Assembly (NCBI RefSeq): GCF_003334355.1
Contig: NZ_QOWP01000074.1
Source of the DNA: Escherichia coli
GTDB taxonomy: Bacteria > Pseudomonadota > Gammaproteobacteria > Enterobacterales > Enterobacteriaceae
Direction: 5' to 3' (one strand)
Length of the DNA stretch: 2,519 nt
Within the stretch, counting starts at the first letter, position 1. Each line of letters starts with the position of its first letter. The position numbers were made by a program, and so were the translations under genes. The notes below the pieces were generated by a model. It made no database searches. It saw nothing but the letters and a program-made list of their open reading frames with translations, and was not told where the DNA came from. Positions 1 through 2,519 of the stretch are shown one piece after another.

Positions 1-77
1 AAGGGCGAGCGTAGCGAGTGCCATTTACCCTTGACGACACTCCGGATAAAACAGGCTTGGCAGTGGTGGGGGGTGGC
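1..77. repeat. Terminal redundancy, copy 1: identical to 2443-2519. Indicates a circular molecule of 2,442 bp (wrap-around or assembler k-mer overlap).
   Basis: Base-by-base identity of the first and last 77 nt of the window. Confidence 0.95.
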
Positions 78-101
78 GCGAAGCGACGCCTTCCACCTGC
101 C
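59..101. other. GC-rich nested stem-loop region; alternative or additional oriT or protein-binding candidate.
   Basis: GGCAGTGGTGG (59-69) pairs imperfectly with CCACCTGCC (93-101). An inner GGCG (75-78) / CGCC (87-90) stem encloses the loop CGAAGCGA. Confidence 0.3.
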
Positions 102-149
102 AGACCGCCGTTGATTTTGACCTTCTGGCAGCTTGCTGCCCGAACGATT

Positions 150-192
150 TTGCGTAGCAAAGTCTAGTGAGTACACTATCATCCTGATAGTG
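150..192 (+). promoter_or_regulatory. Candidate mob promoter overlapping a perfect hairpin (CACTATCA-TCC-TGATAGTG, 174-192); candidate oriT/nic region and Mob autoregulation site.
   Basis: The -35-like TTGCGT (150-155) and -10-like TACACT (172-177) are 16 nt apart. The 8-bp perfect inverted repeat with a 3-nt loop lies about 70 bp upstream of the mob start. In MOBV plasmids (pMV158, pBBR1) oriT lies just upstream of mob and overlaps its promoter. No nic site is identified. Confidence 0.3.
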
Positions 193-258
193 GCCCGCCG
201 GAGGTATCGCAATGCGCTCCCCCGCCTGGCTGAATGAATGCCGGAATCAGGGGGGAAC

Positions 259-1227
259 ATGGCGAACTACGCGATAATGCGCTGCAAAAAGCTGACGGGA
301 ATGGGAAGCGTGGCCAGCGCGTTGCAGCACTGCTACCGAGAGCGTGAGACGCCGAACGCTAACGCTGAACGGACACCAGAAAACTACTGCTCTGTGTCCA
401 AATCAACGGATCAGGCAATGGGGCGTGTGCGGGAGCTGCTGCCGGAAAAACGCCGTAAAGATGCGGTACTGGCCGTTGAATACGTTATGACAGCAAGCCC
501 TGAGTGGTGGAAAGAGGCCACACCACGGCAGCAGGCGGAGTTTTTCGCCCGCTCTGAGCAATGGCTGGAGAAGAAATACGGGAAGGATCGTGTTGTGGCG
601 GCGGTGGTTCACCGGGACGAGGCCACCCCGCACCTGTCTGCGTTCGTGGTGCCATTGACGCAGGATGGACGGCTGTCCGCGAAAGAGTTTATTGGCGGGC
701 GGTCAAAGATGCGTGAAGATCAGAGCACCTACGCTGAATCAGTAAAAAAACTGGGTCTTGAGCGCGGCATCGAGGGAAGCCGCGCCACGCATCAGACAGT
801 TCAGCACTACTACGAATCGATAAACCGTGGCACCCGTAGCCAGGTATCGATCTCGCCGGAGGCGCTGGAGCCGCGTGTATTGCGGAAGGGCATTTTCACC
901 AAAGACGTGGAAGATCAGGCAGCCATAGCCAAACGTCTAAGCCACGCAGTGAACGATGGCTTTGCAGGAACCATCGCTATGGCCTCTCAGAGCGCCCAGA
1001 ACGCAAAAAGAGCGCGTGAGCTACAGAAGACTATGGATGCGCAGCAGAAACGCCTACAGAGCGTCACAGAGCCTTTTAAGGGGCTTTCCAGAGAGCAGAT
1101 GACCGAAATCCTGATGATGGCTCAGCGGTTTAAGCAGCAAAACCAGGAAAAGGAAAAACAGCAGCGTATTGAACGTGAAAAACAGCGACAGACGCGATCG
1201 CGTGGCATGGGTGGTATGGAGCGTTAG
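259..1227 (+). CDS. mob: Plasmid mobilisation relaxase, Mob/Pre (MOBV) family, 322 aa from ATG 259. The ORF track's upstream in-frame ATG at 238 would add 7 residues (MPESGGN) and is less likely.
   Basis: N-terminus MANYAIMRCKK...SALQHCYRERE has the same layout as pMV158 MobM (MSYMVARMQK...FKHNER), including the HxxR motif with the conserved His. It also carries RKDAVLAVEYVMT and VVHRDEATPHLSAFVVP (HxDExxPH metal-binding motif), then GLERG and HQTV, all matching MobM from memory. A G-rich Shine-Dalgarno (AGGGGGG, 249-255) lies 3 nt before ATG 259. The long uninterrupted ORF is GC-rich and ends with a Q/E/K/R-rich C-terminal tail. Confidence 0.9.
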   Translation: MANYAIMRCKKLTGMGSVASALQHCYRERETPNANAERTPENYCSVSKSTDQAMGRVRELLPEKRRKDAVLAVEYVMTASPEWWKEATPRQQAEFFARSEQWLEKKYGKDRVVAAVVHRDEATPHLSAFVVPLTQDGRLSAKEFIGGRSKMREDQSTYAESVKKLGLERGIEGSRATHQTVQHYYESINRGTRSQVSISPEALEPRVLRKGIFTKDVEDQAAIAKRLSHAVNDGFAGTIAMASQSAQNAKRARELQKTMDAQQKRLQSVTEPFKGLSREQMTEILMMAQRFKQQNQEKEKQQRIEREKQRQTRSRGMGGMER

Positions 1228-1255
1228 TTTTGATGCGATGCAGGATAGGGCTAAC

Positions 1256-1280
1256 GCCGCAAAGTGACGTCATTTGCGGC
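1256..1280. repeat. Near-perfect 25-bp palindrome GCCGCAAA-G-TGACGTCA-TTTGCGGC between the convergent mob and 76-aa ORF ends.
   Basis: The outer 8-bp arms are exact reverse complements and the central TGACGTCA is itself palindromic. No U-tract follows on either strand, so it is not a canonical intrinsic terminator. It could be a protein-binding site, a structure-dependent transcript end, or a single-strand initiation or resolution signal. Confidence 0.5.
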
Positions 1281-1296
1281 ATTCACCACGAAAAAA

Positions 1297-1527
1297 TTAA
1301 TCATTCAGATGGTAATCATGTTTTTTTAAAATAGAAAAAGCTGCGTTTTTCTGCTTTGGTGACAAACCCTTAGTTGAGTATTTATTACCGCTAGTTCTAC
1401 GATATATGCTGTAAACACTGCTTAAAAAAGTACGCTCCCAAACAGTCAGAACCTCATTCTTTTTTAGTGAATCATGCAGCATTAGCCTGTCTACATTTTT
1501 AAAAAGTTTATCTTCAGCATTCATCAT
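1297..1527 (-). CDS. Hypothetical small basic protein (76 aa) of unknown function, probably co-transcribed with rep.
   Basis: The ATG-ATG start (1527-1522) overlaps the last 14 nt of rep in another frame. A GAAGG Shine-Dalgarno motif lies about 6 nt upstream on the - strand. Composition matches rep, and the stop is TAA at 1297-1299. No family recognised; the protein is Lys/Ser-rich. Confidence 0.4.
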   Translation of the reverse strand: MMNAEDKLFKNVDRLMLHDSLKKNEVLTVWERTFLSSVYSIYRRTSGNKYSTKGLSPKQKNAAFSILKKHDYHLND

Positions 1528-2017
1528 CCATTACCTTCGTCTGCACCGTTCTTCCATTGGTGTCATAACTGATCTTTAACTCAATTTTCTTTCTTCTTTC
1601 GTAAATTGATGGCCAGTCTCCCCGTGCAAAAAGAAAGGGGTTAGCTTCAAGTTCCCCACGCCCTGCCCGGAAGAATATTTGTTTATCTACAAGAGCCGCA
1701 ATTATGTTTTTAAAGGTCTGATATTCAATATGAACCCTGGGCTGTATGGTTTTTTCAAATCTAGTTTTTGATACAGACACAAACCCATCCCATCCAATCA
1801 GCATTGCCAATTGTAAAAGCACATCATTTTGAGATTTTGATAAACCATGAATCATCGCAATGTCTGCAATGTATAGCTTGACGTAGGGAGGTTCGGCTGG
1901 GATGGAAAAGGTCTCGATCTTAGAGTCTTGTTTTACCTCACCGTTTTCATCCATGTATGTATGCCGTTCAAGCCTAGAAATCTTTTTCGTATTCACTCCA
2001 GCCCCACGTTTCGCCAT
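1514..2017 (-). CDS. rep: Putative plasmid replication initiator (small, 167 aa, iteron-associated). Family not securely recognised; possibly a small RepL-like or winged-helix Rep.
   Basis: The ORF sits directly downstream, on its own strand, of a 22-bp iteron array and an inverted-repeat operator that reuses the iteron core. Its central segment (PPYVKLYIADIAMIHGLSKSQNDVLLQLAMLIGWDG) looks like a helix-turn-helix or winged-helix DNA-binding region. AT-rich codon usage matches the surrounding replication module. The function is assigned from context, not homology. Confidence 0.7.
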   Translation of the reverse strand: MAKRGAGVNTKKISRLERHTYMDENGEVKQDSKIETFSIPAEPPYVKLYIADIAMIHGLSKSQNDVLLQLAMLIGWDGFVSVSKTRFEKTIQPRVHIEYQTFKNIIAALVDKQIFFRAGRGELEANPFLFARGDWPSIYERRKKIELKISYDTNGRTVQTKVMDDEC

Positions 2018-2020
2018 GAT

Positions 2021-2044
2021 TTAGTACTCGCATTTAAGTACTAA
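2021..2044. promoter_or_regulatory. Inverted repeat (8-bp arms TTAGTACT / AGTACTAA, 8-nt spacer) reusing the iteron core; candidate Rep autorepression operator.
   Basis: The arms at 2021-2028 and 2037-2044 are exact reverse complements. TTAGTACT is also the core of every iteron. The repeat sits between the rep start codon (2015-2017) and the putative -35, overlapping the putative -10. Confidence 0.6.
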
Positions 2045-2060
2045 AGAGACATACAGTCAA
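2032..2060 (-). promoter_or_regulatory. Candidate sigma70-type promoter for rep.
   Basis: On the - strand there is a -35 TTGACT (2060..2055), a 17-nt spacer and a -10 TTAAAT (2037..2032). This predicts a very short leader before ATG 2017 and only a weak GAG-type Shine-Dalgarno, so the call is tentative. Confidence 0.35.
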
Positions 2061-2074
2061 GTCCTTTGCATCAA

Positions 2075-2170
2075 GTACGATTAGTACTTGAGGTGAGTAC
2101 GATTAGTCCTTGAGGTGAGTACGATTAGTACTTGAGGTGAGTACGATTGGTACTTGAGGTGAGTACGATT
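2075..2170. repeat. Iteron array: four complete 22-bp direct repeats (2075-2096, 2097-2118, 2119-2140, 2141-2162) plus a partial fifth copy (2163-2170). Likely Rep-binding sites of the vegetative origin.
   Basis: The unit GTACGATTAGTACTTGAGGTGA is exactly tandem with 22-bp (two helical turn) periodicity. Copies 1 and 3 are identical; copy 2 has one change (A to C at 2108) and copy 4 one change (A to G at 2149). The array lies immediately upstream of the rep promoter region. Confidence 0.9.
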
Positions 2171-2203
2171 CTTCGCTCTAGCCCTTGGTACAAGCGGGTT
2201 CCC

Positions 2204-2224
2204 ATATCTATATCTATATATTAA
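2204..2224. other. Short AT-rich tract with TATATC-like repeats; candidate DNA unwinding element adjacent to the iterons.
   Basis: ATATCTATATCTATATATTA sits about 35 bp beyond the last iteron, on the side away from rep, the usual position of a DUE. It is only about 20 bp, so the call is weak. Confidence 0.3.
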
Positions 2225-2248
2225 GGGGGAAAATAAGGGCTGAAAAAC

Positions 2249-2282
2249 GGCATTTTTAGACACTGAAAAACTGCCTTTTTTT
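2249..2282 (+). terminator. Terminator-like hairpin with T-tract between the origin region and the ColE1-like segment; possibly bidirectional.
   Basis: GGCATTTTT (2249-2257) pairs with AAAAACTGCC (2266-2275) with one bulged C and an 8-nt loop, followed directly by T7 (2276-2282). The - strand version is followed by GTTTTT. The stem is AT-rich, so stability is modest. Confidence 0.3.
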
Positions 2283-2321
2283 AGCAAGGAGTGTACGCAT
2301 TTCTATGTACGGGGAGTGGAA

Positions 2322-2425
2322 ATTCCGCTTCCTCGCTTTGGCTGTTCGTTCCTCGTCGCGTTGCTCCTGCGGTACGCCTCAGCCAAAGCTGCGGCGAGCG
2401 GTTCCTGCTCTTTCAAAGACGATTT
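2322..2425. other. Segment resembling the region just downstream of the ColE1/pMB1 origin (as in pBR322/pUC backbones); candidate single-strand initiation or primosome assembly (ssi/pas-like) element. Contains a 10-bp inverted repeat (2335-2344 / 2380-2389).
   Basis: TTCCGCTTCCTCGCT (2323-2337) and GCTGCGGCGAGCGGT (2389-2403) are exact matches to strings I recall from the pUC/pBR322 backbone. The following 19 nt match at about 13 positions to ATCAGCTCACTCAAAGGCG. The intervening sequence differs and forms the stem GCTTTGGCTG / CAGCCAAAGC with a loop of about 35 nt. Function is assigned from memory. Confidence 0.45.
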
Positions 2426-2442
2426 CATTGCCTGATTTCGTC

Positions 2443-2519
2443 AAGGGCGAGCGTAGCGAGTGCCATTTACCCTTGACGACACTCCGGATAAAACAGGCTT
2501 GGCAGTGGTGGGGGGTGGC
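2443..2519. repeat. Terminal redundancy, copy 2: identical to 1-77.
   Basis: Base-by-base identity with positions 1-77. Confidence 0.95.

Noticed and set aside
40-57. Possible DnaA box near CCGGATAAAACAGG.
   Set aside because: The best alignment to TTATCCACA is only about 6 of 9, and no closer match was seen near the iterons. This is not enough to call a DnaA box.
403-633. 76-aa ORF on the - strand inside mob.
   Set aside because: It lies entirely antisense within the well-supported relaxase gene. It is a GC-rich chance ORF with no RBS or recognisable family.
1256-1280. Palindrome as a canonical rho-independent terminator for mob.
   Set aside because: No U-tract follows the stem on either strand. 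It is retained as a palindrome of unknown function.
2075-2170. Tandem 22-bp repeats considered as a possible CRISPR array.
   Set aside because: The repeats are directly adjacent with no spacers, and there is no leader or cas context. They are iterons.
2081-2287. 68-aa ORF on the - strand from the ORF track.
   Set aside because: It reads straight through the iteron array, which is why its protein carries the repeated RTHLKY peptide. It is an artefact of the repeats in non-coding origin DNA.
2291-2476. 61-aa ORF with a GTG start from the ORF track.
   Set aside because: The GTG abuts the AAGGAG motif with no spacing. The ORF lies over the ColE1-like, inverted-repeat-rich non-coding segment, and its product is low-complexity.
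1-2519. Searched for a defence system, toxin-antitoxin pair, integron, IS element or resistance cargo.
   Set aside because: Only the relaxase, the putative Rep and one small hypothetical ORF are credibly coding. There are no terminal inverted repeats or transposase-like ORFs. The 77-bp terminal identity is explained by circularity.

Overview
The window appears to be one complete small circular plasmid of about 2,442 bp, written with a 77-bp wrap-around: positions 1-77 are identical to 2443-2519. It has two modules of contrasting composition. (1) A GC-rich mobilisation module (about 2290 through the junction to about 1290) encodes a Mob/Pre-type (MOBV) relaxase on the + strand (259..1227), with structured, inverted-repeat-rich DNA upstream that is the likely oriT/promoter region. 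(2) An AT-rich replication module (about 1290-2290) on the - strand has a small putative Rep initiator (1514..2017), an inverted-repeat operator, four and a fraction 22-bp iterons (2075..2170) and an AT-rich tract, the classic layout of an iteron-controlled theta replicon. A 76-aa ORF of unknown function overlaps the 3' end of rep with its own Shine-Dalgarno and is the best candidate for an undescribed gene. A segment at about 2322-2425 resembles the region just downstream of the ColE1/pMB1 origin (from memory of pBR322/pUC backbones; I recall it as the lagging-strand primosome-assembly region). I see no CRISPR array, tRNA/rRNA, resistance gene, toxin-antitoxin pair or defence system; the plasmid looks cryptic. 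Family assignments rest on motif recognition and recalled sequences, not on any search.
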